From the NCBI GenBank assembly GCA_051252515.1, contig JBPOFS010000004.1, positions 228,880 through 292,879 on the forward strand: a DNA stretch of 64,000 nucleotides, written 5' to 3'. Positions within the stretch are counted from its first letter, which is position 1; each line of letters opens with the position of its first letter. The notes beneath the pieces are model-generated. The model was not told the origin of the DNA. It saw only the letters and a program-made list of their open reading frames with translations, and searched no databases. The translations under genes and the position numbers were made by a program. Positions 38,158-47,286 of the stretch are shown piece by piece. This stretch comes from Gammaproteobacteria bacterium (lineage in GTDB: Bacteria > Pseudomonadota > Gammaproteobacteria > Pseudomonadales > Pseudohongiellaceae).

Positions 38158-38499
38158 ATGAGCACTCTCCCACCCTGCCCCAAATGCGCAAGTGAATTCA
38201 CTTATGAAAGCAGCGCCATATTCATTTGCCCTGAATGCGCCCACGAGTGGTCCGCAGAAGATATGCTAGCGGCAACTGACGAAACCCCATCGATCACCGA
38301 TGCTAATGGCAATCCGCTCGAAGATGGCGACACGATTACAGTCATCAAGGACCTGAAAGTGAAAGGCACCTCACTAGTCGTCAAAGTTGGCACTAAAGTG
38401 AAAAACATTCGCTTAGTCGACGGCGATCACGATATAGATTGCAAGATCGACGGCATTGGTGCCATGAAACTAAAGTCAGAATTTGTGAAAAAAATTTAG
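38158..38499 (+). CDS. phnA: Zinc-ribbon protein PhnA/YjdM
   Basis: 113 aa with an N-terminal CPKC...CPEC zinc ribbon and a C-terminal SH3-like block ([15 protein letters not shown]...[16 protein letters not shown]). Confidence 0.88.
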   Translation: MSTLPPCPKCASEFTYESSAIFICPECAHEWSAEDMLAATDETPSITDANGNPLEDGDTITVIKDLKVKGTSLVVKVGTKVKNIRLVDGDHDIDCKIDGIGAMKLKSEFVKKI

Positions 38500-38515
38500 A
38501 CAAAGCTGTCGGCAA

Positions 38516-39211
38516 ATGCCCGCTTATAGAACTCGCCTAGATCGTTTCATTGCTACTGCACTGCAAATTAATCGCAAGGCAGTAAAACCGCTGCTAGCCG
38601 CCAAACGAGTTTACGTTGACGGCTCAGTTGCGAGCGACTGCGATACTCTCATCACACGCTTTTCTTGCATACGTGTCGATGAGCAGACCCTGCAGAACCA
38701 CCAAGCCCACCACTTAATGCTCTTCAAGCCTGCTGGGATTCTCAGCGCCACCAAAGATGACTCTCAAACTACCGTAATGTCCTTGTTGCCGCCACAGGTT
38801 TACCAAGGACTGCATATCGTCGGTCGTTTAGACAAAAACTCCACAGGGCTTTTGCTATTGAGCAATGATGGCGAATGGTCAAACTCGCTAATGAGCCCCG
38901 GACAACATGTCGAAAAGGTTTACTTAGTGCGCGTGCAGCATGAGATCAATCAAGAATGCGTCGATGCATTTGCCAATGGCATTCATTTCCCGTTTGAGGA
39001 TATAACGACCCTCCCCGCACAACTGGAAATATTGGAACCGACCCTTGCGAAAGTCACGCTCACCGAGGGACGTTATCATCAGATTAAAAGAATGTTTGGA
39101 CGCTTTCGCAATCCTGTACTAGAGCTGCATCGCTTATCAATCGGCAAAATCACACTAGACCCCCTGTTAAAAACTGGACAGTTTCGCGCACTCACAAGTG
39201 AAGAAATTTAG
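38516..39211 (+). CDS. rsuA: 16S rRNA pseudouridine(516) synthase
   Basis: 231 aa with an S4 domain, the catalytic block GRLDKNSTGLLLLSNDG and TEGRYHQIKRMF. It is colinear with E. coli RsuA. Confidence 0.85.
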   Translation: MPAYRTRLDRFIATALQINRKAVKPLLAAKRVYVDGSVASDCDTLITRFSCIRVDEQTLQNHQAHHLMLFKPAGILSATKDDSQTTVMSLLPPQVYQGLHIVGRLDKNSTGLLLLSNDGEWSNSLMSPGQHVEKVYLVRVQHEINQECVDAFANGIHFPFEDITTLPAQLEILEPTLAKVTLTEGRYHQIKRMFGRFRNPVLELHRLSIGKITLDPLLKTGQFRALTSEEI

Positions 39212-39390
39212 AAGTTTGTACAATGTGCGGCTTCTGGCGCCTTGCCTGAACCTAACGCTACCGGCGCAGGAGCGTCGTAAGGGTTAATAGCCTCTGCTTG
39301 TCGATAATCCACTAGAAGCAACAGCACTATGAACCCAACACAGCAATATCCTACCAATGGGCGCGCTGGAAGATTGTAGAGCCGACTCAT
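39208..39390 (-). CDS. Small single-TM protein, translationally coupled to yeeE
   Basis: 60 aa. Its ATG overlaps the YeeE TGA (ATGA). It has one hydrophobic helix (LVGYCCVGFIVLLLLV). No known family is recognised. Confidence 0.45.
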   Translation of the reverse strand: MSRLYNLPARPLVGYCCVGFIVLLLLVDYRQAEAINPYDAPAPVALGSGKAPEAAHCTNF

Positions 39391-40523
39391 ACCGTTACCA
39401 CTGGTCGCGTTAATGAAAGCAGAAGCTTAGGACGCAAGCGAATCCCTACCATCGAACCGCCAAACGCACAGACGAACCACGCCCAGCCATGAAGACTTCC
39501 TGTTGAGATACCGCTAAAGAATGCGCCAACATTACAACCAAAGGCCACCCTTGCACTATATCCCAACACAACACCCGCCACGATAATGACAAGCCAACTC
39601 AATGGCGTAATAGGCGCTACCTGTTGCGCCGGCTCTTTTCGCCATCGCAACACGATAAAGGCACCTAAAATCAACCCAATATTGGTCAATGACGTCACAT
39701 CCGTTAACAATGACTGTTGGAGACGCTGAGCATGCGCTGGCGCCCCCCAAAACACATCACTGGATAGATCCACACCCGTGGCGGCGACGACTTTCGCGCC
39801 CCATAACCCGAGCCCGTACACGACCCCCCACGATTGCCCCGCAATGACCAAATTCAGCACAGCCAATCCGGCTAATAAAGATGCGGCTAGCAACAAACGT
39901 CTACCAGGCATGCGCTTGCCAGGCAGCGCGCGCCAACGCACCAACGCGCCGACCAGAGCCAATCCAAGCAATGTAACAAGCAAGCCAGGGGCGTTGCCAA
40001 ACAGACCTTGCAGCGTATAGGTCGGCAAAGAACCTAGAGAGGTCCACCATGCCAAATGCAGGCTGCCTAGAAAACTACCAAGAACAAACCCAATGAGAGC
40101 GATAGCGGCAATGACATTACCACTGCCCGCATTAACGAGCGTTCCTGAGCCGCATCCCATCACGATCTGCATACACACACCAAAGATGAAAGCCGCCCCT
40201 AACATCGCTAGACCGATAGGAGCATAGGCTCCATCGAGCTCATCGGGAAATGCAGCAAGAAGTGGGAATATACAAAGGGCGGTAAGGGCGATCGCGAGCA
40301 ACTGTGCACTAAGACCACGACCATCTCGGTCAGTCACTATGGCTCGCCAAGGACCCGTGAACCCAAACCGAAGGCCTTCCAGCACAAAGCCAAAACCAAG
40401 CCCTACAAGCATTAAAAAGGCTGAACGAGGGCCGGCTACTGCGAATGTAGCGAACACCAGCAGCATGCTAAACAACACTAAACCTAGGCGTCGTTGAGCA
40501 ATACCGGTTTTTGGCTTGCCCAT
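39387..40523 (-). CDS. yeeE: YeeE/YedE-family sulfur-compound (thiosulfate) transporter
   Basis: 378 aa polytopic protein. The two conserved Cys motifs are MGCGSGTL and FGCNVGAF. Confidence 0.8.
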   Translation of the reverse strand: MGKPKTGIAQRRLGLVLFSMLLVFATFAVAGPRSAFLMLVGLGFGFVLEGLRFGFTGPWRAIVTDRDGRGLSAQLLAIALTALCIFPLLAAFPDELDGAYAPIGLAMLGAAFIFGVCMQIVMGCGSGTLVNAGSGNVIAAIALIGFVLGSFLGSLHLAWWTSLGSLPTYTLQGLFGNAPGLLVTLLGLALVGALVRWRALPGKRMPGRRLLLAASLLAGLAVLNLVIAGQSWGVVYGLGLWGAKVVAATGVDLSSDVFWGAPAHAQRLQQSLLTDVTSLTNIGLILGAFIVLRWRKEPAQQVAPITPLSWLVIIVAGVVLGYSARVAFGCNVGAFFSGISTGSLHGWAWFVCAFGGSMVGIRLRPKLLLSLTRPVVTV

Positions 40524-40526
40524 GAA

Positions 40527-41477
40527 TTAAGCTCCAAGCAAATTTCCGACCCAATCAGTCGTCATTTTCCAATAGTGCTTTAGTCGGTTTGGTTCATTGT
40601 CCATTGGTCTATCGGCCATGCTCCATTCCGTCATGCTTTCGGCATACAGTTTCGTATTAGGGATACCCTGAAGTTCACTCATGATGAACCAATTAATCGC
40701 CGCAAGGTGACCCGTGTTACAGAAAGAGATAGTGACTGCGGCAGGCTGTTGCGTCTGAGCAGCCAGTATTGAACTCACTTGAGCAGGCGGCTTTACCCGG
40801 CTGCCCTCGAACAGACTAGTAAAACTAAGATTTCCTGCGCCTTTAATAGTGCCAGGACGAGCACTAGAGGATTGCAAACCTTCATAGAAATCAGATGTCC
40901 GCGCATCAATCAGGCGCGTGCTATCGTTCTCCAATAGCGTTTCGATCTCTTGCGTCTTTACTCGCCATTGATCACTCCACTGCGGCTGAAAACCTGAGGC
41001 GGCAACCATGTTTGCCTGAGTACTTACGGGCAGATTAGCGCCAGCCCAACCTTCAAACCCACCATTGAGAAGCGCGAGATTTTTAATGCCAAGGGATTTT
41101 AGTGTCCAATAGGTTCTTGCCGCCGCGCCAAAATCGGCCGAGTTTGATCCAGCATGAACGATCACAACAGGAGTGTCCGCATTCACACCTAATTTCTGCA
41201 CCACTGAGCTTAATATCTCTAGAGAGCTTACGGCACCAGGGTTTTCTCGCGGACCACGAAATTGCGCATAGGGCGCCGAGATCGCGCCAGGAATGTGCCC
41301 AGCGTCGTAATCCCCAGTGACATGAAGAATGCGAACATCCGGAGTGGCTGCCAAAATATTGGCCAATTGTGCGGGCTCTAATAACACCGTCCATCCTTGC
41401 GGAGCGGCAGCAGCAGAAAGCGGAAGGGAGAGAAAGGTAACCAAAATCGATAGACATAACCGTGTCAACATACTCAT
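40527..41477 (-). CDS. Periplasmic two-domain rhodanese (thiosulfate/3-mercaptopyruvate sulfurtransferase-like)
   Basis: 316 aa with a signal peptide and two rhodanese modules. The active-site loop CNTGHLAA is in the second module. Confidence 0.7.
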   Translation of the reverse strand: MSMLTRLCLSILVTFLSLPLSAAAAPQGWTVLLEPAQLANILAATPDVRILHVTGDYDAGHIPGAISAPYAQFRGPRENPGAVSSLEILSSVVQKLGVNADTPVVIVHAGSNSADFGAAARTYWTLKSLGIKNLALLNGGFEGWAGANLPVSTQANMVAASGFQPQWSDQWRVKTQEIETLLENDSTRLIDARTSDFYEGLQSSSARPGTIKGAGNLSFTSLFEGSRVKPPAQVSSILAAQTQQPAAVTISFCNTGHLAAINWFIMSELQGIPNTKLYAESMTEWSMADRPMDNEPNRLKHYWKMTTDWVGNLLGA

Positions 41478-41710
41478 ACAACCACTTCCTCAATTTGCGA
41501 TTTCTAATCTGATAATAAAGTGCGCTATTTGTACTCCGACATTGCTCTAAGTGCAAGTTTTCAGTAGGAATTACGATTTTTTATTAACGTGAATTCCTAG
41601 TAACAACGTATCCCATAAACATCAAATATCTTTGCCAATAGATCATTTGTGAGATTACACTTCGCGCTCCCGTGTATTAGCATTGCCTTTAAAAACAGAG
41701 TTCTTAGAGC

Positions 41711-42199
41711 ATGATTAGTTCCGCCTCTGCAGCCGATGCTGCACAAATATGCACAATCTATAACCACTACATCGACACAAGCGTCATTAGTTTTGAGACT
41801 GTTGCAGTAACGCCGACTGAGATGAAGAAACGCATGTCGCAAAGCCAGCAACGTCAATTGCCATGGCTCGTAGCGAAAAACGGCGACACAGTACTTGGCT
41901 ATGCCTATGCCTCACAATGGAAAGCCCGGCAGGCTTATTATAATAGCGTCGAGATCACGGTCTATCTCGCACCAGAGACACACGCTAAAGGAGTGGGTAG
42001 CGCGTTATACCAAGCGCTATTTGAGGAATTAGAGGCACTTGATGTCCACGCGGTGTTGGCTTGTATCGCCTTGCCCAATGCACAAAGTGTCGCCTTGCAT
42101 GAAAAGTTTGGAATGCGCAAAGTAGCCCACTTCGAGCAAGTGGGGTTTAAGTTCGATCGTTGGCTCGATGTAGGCTACTGGCAAGTTAATTTAAAATAA
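41711..42199 (+). CDS. GNAT acetyltransferase, phosphinothricin N-acetyltransferase-like
   Basis: 162 aa with a PAT-type N-terminus (A..ADAAQICTIYNHYI..SVISFE) and motif A (KGVGSALYQALF). Confidence 0.72.
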   Translation: MISSASAADAAQICTIYNHYIDTSVISFETVAVTPTEMKKRMSQSQQRQLPWLVAKNGDTVLGYAYASQWKARQAYYNSVEITVYLAPETHAKGVGSALYQALFEELEALDVHAVLACIALPNAQSVALHEKFGMRKVAHFEQVGFKFDRWLDVGYWQVNLK

Positions 42200-42205
42200 C
42201 ATCGC

Positions 42206-43363
42206 CTATTCGGCAGTTTTGAGTGTCGATGTCATATTCTTCGGTTTACGAATGCGCCCAAGCCACCGTGCAAATCGACGCCACGCAAGGGCAAACCCAG
42301 TCCACACCATCAGAATCGATGTGAACGAAACGATTCCTGCGACCGTTTGCCCAATCACTCCCAATGCTTCACCGGTATGCAGGAAACGAACCCAAGAACG
42401 AGCTTGTCGACCACCACTGAGCTGTGAAAATGGCACCCAAGACACCTCTTCTCCCGTGTAGGCATTGAGGCTCAATGAATGTCGTTTTTGTGGTTGCCCA
42501 CCATTGCCTTCGTCTATAGAAATATCAACAGTGCGCGCATCAGCATCTGGAACAGTGATTGTCATCGTTTGCCACGCTGTAGAGTATTGTTGTGCATTCG
42601 CGAGCGCGTCTGCCAACGGTAGCACTTGTCCATTCACCGGGACTTCCACGCGGACATCTTGCTCTGTACTAGCACCACGCTGCGGAGGCTCTTCCCCAGC
42701 TAAACGATAAACAAGCGCATTGGCCCATGAATAATTAAACACCACTGCCGTGGCAACGATCACGACAAGAGGAATGGCGGACCAAAAACCAAATACATGA
42801 TGCCAATTGAAATCGCGCGCTTGCCCAGAAGTAGCATTGGGATGAAACCAAAGACGCAACCGCATGGTGCTCTTACGATAGATCGCCGGTAACCAGAGGT
42901 AAATGCCACTCACTATGAGAAACAGGAACATTAAGTTCGAGATCCCTGTGACGGCACGAGCATTCGCCCGGCCTTCACCAGAGACATTGAACCAACGATG
43001 CCATGCCGTTACTGTCGAGAAGAACGAATCTACTGCATCGCTATGAGGCTCATAAACCTCACCTGAGTAAGGATTAACCACCACTTGGCCTGAGCGCCCT
43101 TGGCGCAGCACGACAGGGGCACGAGGGTCTTGCGCGATCGTGACACTTTGCGGTGTAAAGGTATCACTGCTTGCCTGCTCGATCAGAGACTCGATAGGCA
43201 TGGCGCTACGCCCGTCGCTATCGGCGAAATAGGCTTGATCTTCCCATGCCAGAATTTGACGCTCATAAGTTAAAATTACGCCAGTGACAGACATCATCAG
43301 CACCACTACCCCAGCCGCTACACCGCAAATCAAATGTAGCCAAAATACTGCTTTCCTGATCAT
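42206..43363 (-). CDS. PepSY-associated TM helix protein (PiuB-like)
   Basis: It starts at MIRKAVFWLHLICGVAAGVVVLMMSVTG, the typical family N-terminus. It has four TM helices flanking periplasmic PepSY-like regions. The ORF track start at 43423 is probably too long. Confidence 0.78.
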   Translation of the reverse strand: MIRKAVFWLHLICGVAAGVVVLMMSVTGVILTYERQILAWEDQAYFADSDGRSAMPIESLIEQASSDTFTPQSVTIAQDPRAPVVLRQGRSGQVVVNPYSGEVYEPHSDAVDSFFSTVTAWHRWFNVSGEGRANARAVTGISNLMFLFLIVSGIYLWLPAIYRKSTMRLRLWFHPNATSGQARDFNWHHVFGFWSAIPLVVIVATAVVFNYSWANALVYRLAGEEPPQRGASTEQDVRVEVPVNGQVLPLADALANAQQYSTAWQTMTITVPDADARTVDISIDEGNGGQPQKRHSLSLNAYTGEEVSWVPFSQLSGGRQARSWVRFLHTGEALGVIGQTVAGIVSFTSILMVWTGFALAWRRFARWLGRIRKPKNMTSTLKTAE

Positions 43364-43384
43364 CGCCTCAATACCACTTTGCAA

Positions 43385-43413
43385 ATAATTCGCAATGATA
43401 ATTATTCTTATTA
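43385..43413. promoter_or_regulatory. Fur-box-like operator in the divergent promoter region
   Basis: AATAATTCGCAATGATAATTATTCTTATT contains AATGATAAT plus TATT repeats. The best 19-mer matches 13 of 19 positions of GATAATGATAATCATTATC. Confidence 0.4.
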
Positions 43414-43521
43414 CGTTTTGCAAGAAAGGTAGGTCTTTTCAGTTAGCCATTGCTCGTGGTGTACTAGAGAGGTCTATCTATGAAAAACCACGAACATGAC
43501 CACATTGTATAGAGGCCAAGC

Positions 43522-45546
43522 ATGACCGTCGGAGCAAAAACACTGAGAACCTTAGGCATGCTAATACTAGGCCTTTGTCCTTTAATAACGTTTGCAGAGG
43601 TTGATAGACTGGAGATACAGAGCCGAGAAACATTAGGCGATGTCGACAGCCCAATCCAATACGAGAAAATCACTGGCAAAGCTTTTTATACGCTGCAATC
43701 GAACACTCCCGCAAACCAACGAATCACCGATATTTCTCTTGCCCCACGCAATGCACAAGGCTTGGTTGAGTTCTCGACAGACTTCGAGCTGCTGCTTCCC
43801 ACTAAAGGCCCGCGCAGCGATACCCTGCTTTATTCCGTCAATAACCGTGGCAATAGCAGCCTGGCCCCTGAGCGCACACTGGATGACCCGCTCAGTCGTC
43901 GGGGGTACACCTATCTCGTCACTGGCTGGATAAACGAGCTCGAGCCTCGCGCTGGACGTCTGCGTTTAGACGCACCCATAGTCACTAGGGGCGACACCCC
44001 TGTCACCGGCCTTGTGCGTTACGAGATCATCGTCAATCGTCCTGAAAATAATGTAAATATCGCTGGAGACTATCATTTAGCGTATGCCCCGAGTGATAGA
44101 GGAATGGGCGAAGCCACGCTCAGCAAACGCATCAACCAGCTAGACCCCAGAGAAGACATCCCTCGAGACCAATATAGCTTTTCTATCGTGCCTGTAGAGG
44201 GAGCCACCCAAGTGAACGTCCAGCTAGTATTAGAGGGTGGCCTCGAACCTGGAGTGATTTACGAACTCATTTATGAGGCGAAAGACCCCGTGCTTGCTGG
44301 TGCGGGTCTTGCCGCCATCCGTGACATAGTCTCGTTATTGCGCCATGGCACTAGCAATCACACACTGGCAACCCAGCTAGAAACGCTCAATATTCCGGAA
44401 ATCGAATATACAGTCGCATGGGGAAACTCTCAAAGCGGACGACTCTTACGTCAGTTTATCTATCAAGGATTTAATGAAGACCTGAACGGACAACGCGTAT
44501 TCGACGGCGTCGTTCCTGTCATTGCGGGGGCAGGCTTTGGCATGTTCAATACTCGTTTTGCGATGCCGACACGCACGAATGGTCAACATGAAAATCTACT
44601 TTACCCTAACGATTACTTCCCCTTTACCTATGGCGACAGTACAGACCCATACAGTGGTCGTATCGACGGCATTCTGCATCAATCGCGCCTGAGCAACACC
44701 GAACCGAAAGTGATGCACATTCAAACGTCTAATGAATACTGGGTAAGAGGTGGCTCTCTCGCCCACACAGACCCAATGGGGACTCATGACGCCGACATCC
44801 CAGACAATGTCCGATTTTACACTATTGGCGGCTCTGCACACAGCTCTGGCGATGGAGCTCCTAGCCTCAACAGAGGCCTAGGGCAGTTATTAAACAATCA
44901 CAATGTGTGGAGCCCCATTGCCAACTCACTTCTTGTGGCCATGGTGGAATGGGTTAGCGACGACACCCCGCCCCCTGCTAGTCGTTACCCCAAAATTGAA
45001 AATCATACTCTCGTCCCCGCCCACCTTGATGATAGCGCCATCAATCCGGCTGCATGGCGAGCTATTCCTGGATACGCTCATCCCAAAGCTATATATCAAG
45101 TGGGGAACGCTGATTTTGGCGATGAATTCCTAAGCAAAGGCATCATCTCGCGCCAAGCCATGTTTACCAACGAGTGGTATCAAGCGCTAGTACCTTCCGT
45201 CAATCGCGATAACAATGACATTTCAAGCAATACCATTCTTCCGCCTCTGACGGCAGCTCCCCTTGGCACCTTTGTGCCTTGGAATTTACGTCGACCAGAG
45301 ACGGGGGCCAGTACAGAGCTCGCGCGCCTAGCCGGTGGCTATATCCCCTTTGCTAGAACCATTGCGCAAGCACAACATAACCGTGACCCAAGGCCAGCGT
45401 TAATGAAACGTTATAGTGATGCTCAGGAATACTTAATCCAGTACGAACGCGCTACTGAGGAGTTGATTGCACAAGGGTATCTATTGCCTGAGTTCAAGGC
45501 ATTTCTGCTCGAACTGGCGCAGCGTAATCTGGGAGTTTTGCAATAA
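43522..45546 (+). CDS. Secreted alpha/beta-hydrolase-domain protein of unknown specificity
   Basis: 674 aa with a signal peptide and a GxSxG-like nucleophile block (VAWGNSQSGRLLRQFIYQGFNED). The function is not assignable. Confidence 0.55.
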   Translation: MTVGAKTLRTLGMLILGLCPLITFAEVDRLEIQSRETLGDVDSPIQYEKITGKAFYTLQSNTPANQRITDISLAPRNAQGLVEFSTDFELLLPTKGPRSDTLLYSVNNRGNSSLAPERTLDDPLSRRGYTYLVTGWINELEPRAGRLRLDAPIVTRGDTPVTGLVRYEIIVNRPENNVNIAGDYHLAYAPSDRGMGEATLSKRINQLDPREDIPRDQYSFSIVPVEGATQVNVQLVLEGGLEPGVIYELIYEAKDPVLAGAGLAAIRDIVSLLRHGTSNHTLATQLETLNIPEIEYTVAWGNSQSGRLLRQFIYQGFNEDLNGQRVFDGVVPVIAGAGFGMFNTRFAMPTRTNGQHENLLYPNDYFPFTYGDSTDPYSGRIDGILHQSRLSNTEPKVMHIQTSNEYWVRGGSLAHTDPMGTHDADIPDNVRFYTIGGSAHSSGDGAPSLNRGLGQLLNNHNVWSPIANSLLVAMVEWVSDDTPPPASRYPKIENHTLVPAHLDDSAINPAAWRAIPGYAHPKAIYQVGNADFGDEFLSKGIISRQAMFTNEWYQALVPSVNRDNNDISSNTILPPLTAAPLGTFVPWNLRRPETGASTELARLAGGYIPFARTIAQAQHNRDPRPALMKRYSDAQEYLIQYERATEELIAQGYLLPEFKAFLLELAQRNLGVLQ

Positions 45547-45577
45547 AAGTGCCGAAATGGCACAGGAGGATTCAGCG

Positions 45578-45805
45578 CTATTTTCTAGCCACCGATTTTT
45601 CTAGAAGTGGTTCGAGCAGGGTTTCGATTCCGTTAACTTTTATTTCATGCATAAGCGCTAACTGCTTACCAAGCTTTGTCGCAGGGAATCCCTGCTTGCT
45701 GAACCACACAAGATAAGGTTCCGGCAATTCTAGCAACTTAAGCCCTCGGTATTTTCCATAAGGCATCGTTTGATTGATTGCGTCTAAAAGCACTTGTTCA
45801 TTCAT
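45578..45805 (-). CDS. DUF3820-family protein
   Basis: 75 aa. The block MPYGKYRGLKLLELPEPYLVWF is characteristic. Confidence 0.7.
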   Translation of the reverse strand: MNEQVLLDAINQTMPYGKYRGLKLLELPEPYLVWFSKQGFPATKLGKQLALMHEIKVNGIETLLEPLLEKSVARK

Positions 45806-45814
45806 AACAAACCA

Positions 45815-46069
45815 TTAGCGTTGCAGCTGTGTTTCTCGCTCTAACTCCAATATGGAGTCCGCGACATCATCTAGCTTGCTAGTTAAAATCGTTTGAGCAT
45901 CGTAAAGGCCTCGATTGTAAAAAAACGCGCCAACTTGCTCCGAAAAAAAATCTAAAAGAAACTCCGCATCGAACTGTCCAATCTCTTGATCCATTTCTTT
46001 TTCAAAGTAACGCTGTACTTTCGCGACAATGAGGGCTTTTTCCGCATCAGTAAATTTTATGTCCGCCAT
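45815..46069 (-). CDS. DUF2164-family protein
   Basis: It starts at MADIKFTDAEK and carries the blocks IGQFDAEFLLDFF and GAFFYNRGLYDAQ. The longer form starting at 46156 is unlikely. Confidence 0.65.
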   Translation of the reverse strand: MADIKFTDAEKALIVAKVQRYFEKEMDQEIGQFDAEFLLDFFSEQVGAFFYNRGLYDAQTILTSKLDDVADSILELERETQLQR

Positions 46070-46160
46070 GTCCGTAATCGATTCCTTGCTTGTATTTGCA
46101 ATACCTACTTCAGTAGGTTGTGACGCGATCGCTCTGACTGCGTCACAACAACTCATCTAA

Positions 46161-46574
46161 TTAACGATGAAACTCACCTGCACGCTCAGGTTGGTATGTC
46201 ACTTCCTCAACGCGCACTTTCAGCATGCCAACACCTGGTTTTGGCCACTGAATTGAATCACCCTCTGAAAGCCCAATCATCGCACTGCCAACAGGGGCCA
46301 GAATAGAGATTTTACTTCCTGATGTGTCGACATCCTTTGGGTACACTAATGTCATGCAAAACTCTTCGTCTGAAGACTCCACTTTGAAACGCACAGTCGA
46401 ATTCATAGTCACCAATGTCGGCGGCACCGCATGGGGATCGACTAGTTTCGCTCTAGACAGCTCCTCTTCTAGGCTTTCCGCTACCTTGCTTGAGCTTAAT
46501 GGCAACCCATCGATGATCTTTTCGAGTCTTTCAGCATCTAGGGTTGATATCATGACATTCGGTTTCTTGTTCAT
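46161..46574 (-). CDS. rnk: Regulator of nucleoside diphosphate kinase (GreA/GreB C-terminal-like)
   Basis: It has the Rnk-like N-terminus (ISTLDAERLEKII) and the C-terminal Gre-type block (ISILAPVGSAMIGLSEGDSIQWP). Confidence 0.75.
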   Translation of the reverse strand: MNKKPNVMISTLDAERLEKIIDGLPLSSSKVAESLEEELSRAKLVDPHAVPPTLVTMNSTVRFKVESSDEEFCMTLVYPKDVDTSGSKISILAPVGSAMIGLSEGDSIQWPKPGVGMLKVRVEEVTYQPERAGEFHR

Positions 46575-46723
46575 TCCTACTCTCGTTAATTTAAAAAATG
46601 AAGTGCGCTGGTCGATTACTCGCCACACCAATATGCGACGAAATAATAATCGACGAACTTAGCTCGATAATGGCATTGCCATTCACTGGAAGTCAATTGA
46701 AATACTTGAAGAAAAAGCTCTGT

Positions 46724-47038
46724 CTACGCGCTCAATCGTAACCCAATAATTCCGATCATAATCGCGAAGATACTGAGCATACGTGGCGCACTAGCAGGCT
46801 CTCCTAGAAACGCGACACCTATAATGGCTGTGCCTACAGCGCCTATCCCTACCCACACTGCGTAAGCCGTGCCCACGGGTAAAGAACGCATTGCGATACT
46901 TAATAGATACAAGCTAGCACCCATAGCCGCAAGCGTTAAAAGACTTGGCCAAAAACGTGTAAAGCTTTCGGTATATTTCAAGCCAACAGCCCACACAACC
47001 TCTAGCAAACCAGCCACTAAAACGATAACCCAGATCAT
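46724..47038 (-). CDS. sugE: SMR-family guanidinium exporter (SugE/Gdx)
   Basis: 104 aa with four TM helices and the conserved Glu in [13 protein letters not shown]. It is preceded by a guanidine-II riboswitch. Confidence 0.9.
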   Translation of the reverse strand: MIWVIVLVAGLLEVVWAVGLKYTESFTRFWPSLLTLAAMGASLYLLSIAMRSLPVGTAYAVWVGIGAVGTAIIGVAFLGEPASAPRMLSIFAIMIGIIGLRLSA

Positions 47039-47054
47039 ACGATATCCTGTATTG

Positions 47055-47098
47055 TCGGGTCGTCCCGCTAATTAACTACAGTACAAGGGTCGTCCCCT
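47055..47098 (-). promoter_or_regulatory. Guanidine-II (mini-ykkC) riboswitch
   Basis: The minus strand reads uuaGGGG-ACGA-CCCUug, then an 18-nt linker, then CGGG-ACGA-CCCG, about 16 nt before the sugE ATG. The SD (AGGA) lies just 3' of hairpin 2. There are two tandem hairpins with ACGR loops. Confidence 0.75.
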
Positions 47099-47286
47099 AA
47101 CTAGAGGGCGTACGTTAACATAGAGTGACCGCGGTTGGTCAAGAGGCTAAAGCGTACTTCAGAATCGTTTCCATCGCGGCAATACCGCGTCCAAACACCG
47201 ACATCAATATTAAGAGAGCGAAGGAACCAGGCCTTTTTCTAAAAAGGTTAAAATGCCCCCTTTCACTCTACTCCCCTATAAATCAC

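Noticed and set aside
41083-41556. 157-aa minus-strand ORF overlapping the rhodanese gene 5' region
   Set aside because: It is out of frame with a well-supported gene, has a Cys/Arg-rich atypical composition, and extends into the promoter region. It is a typical shadow ORF.
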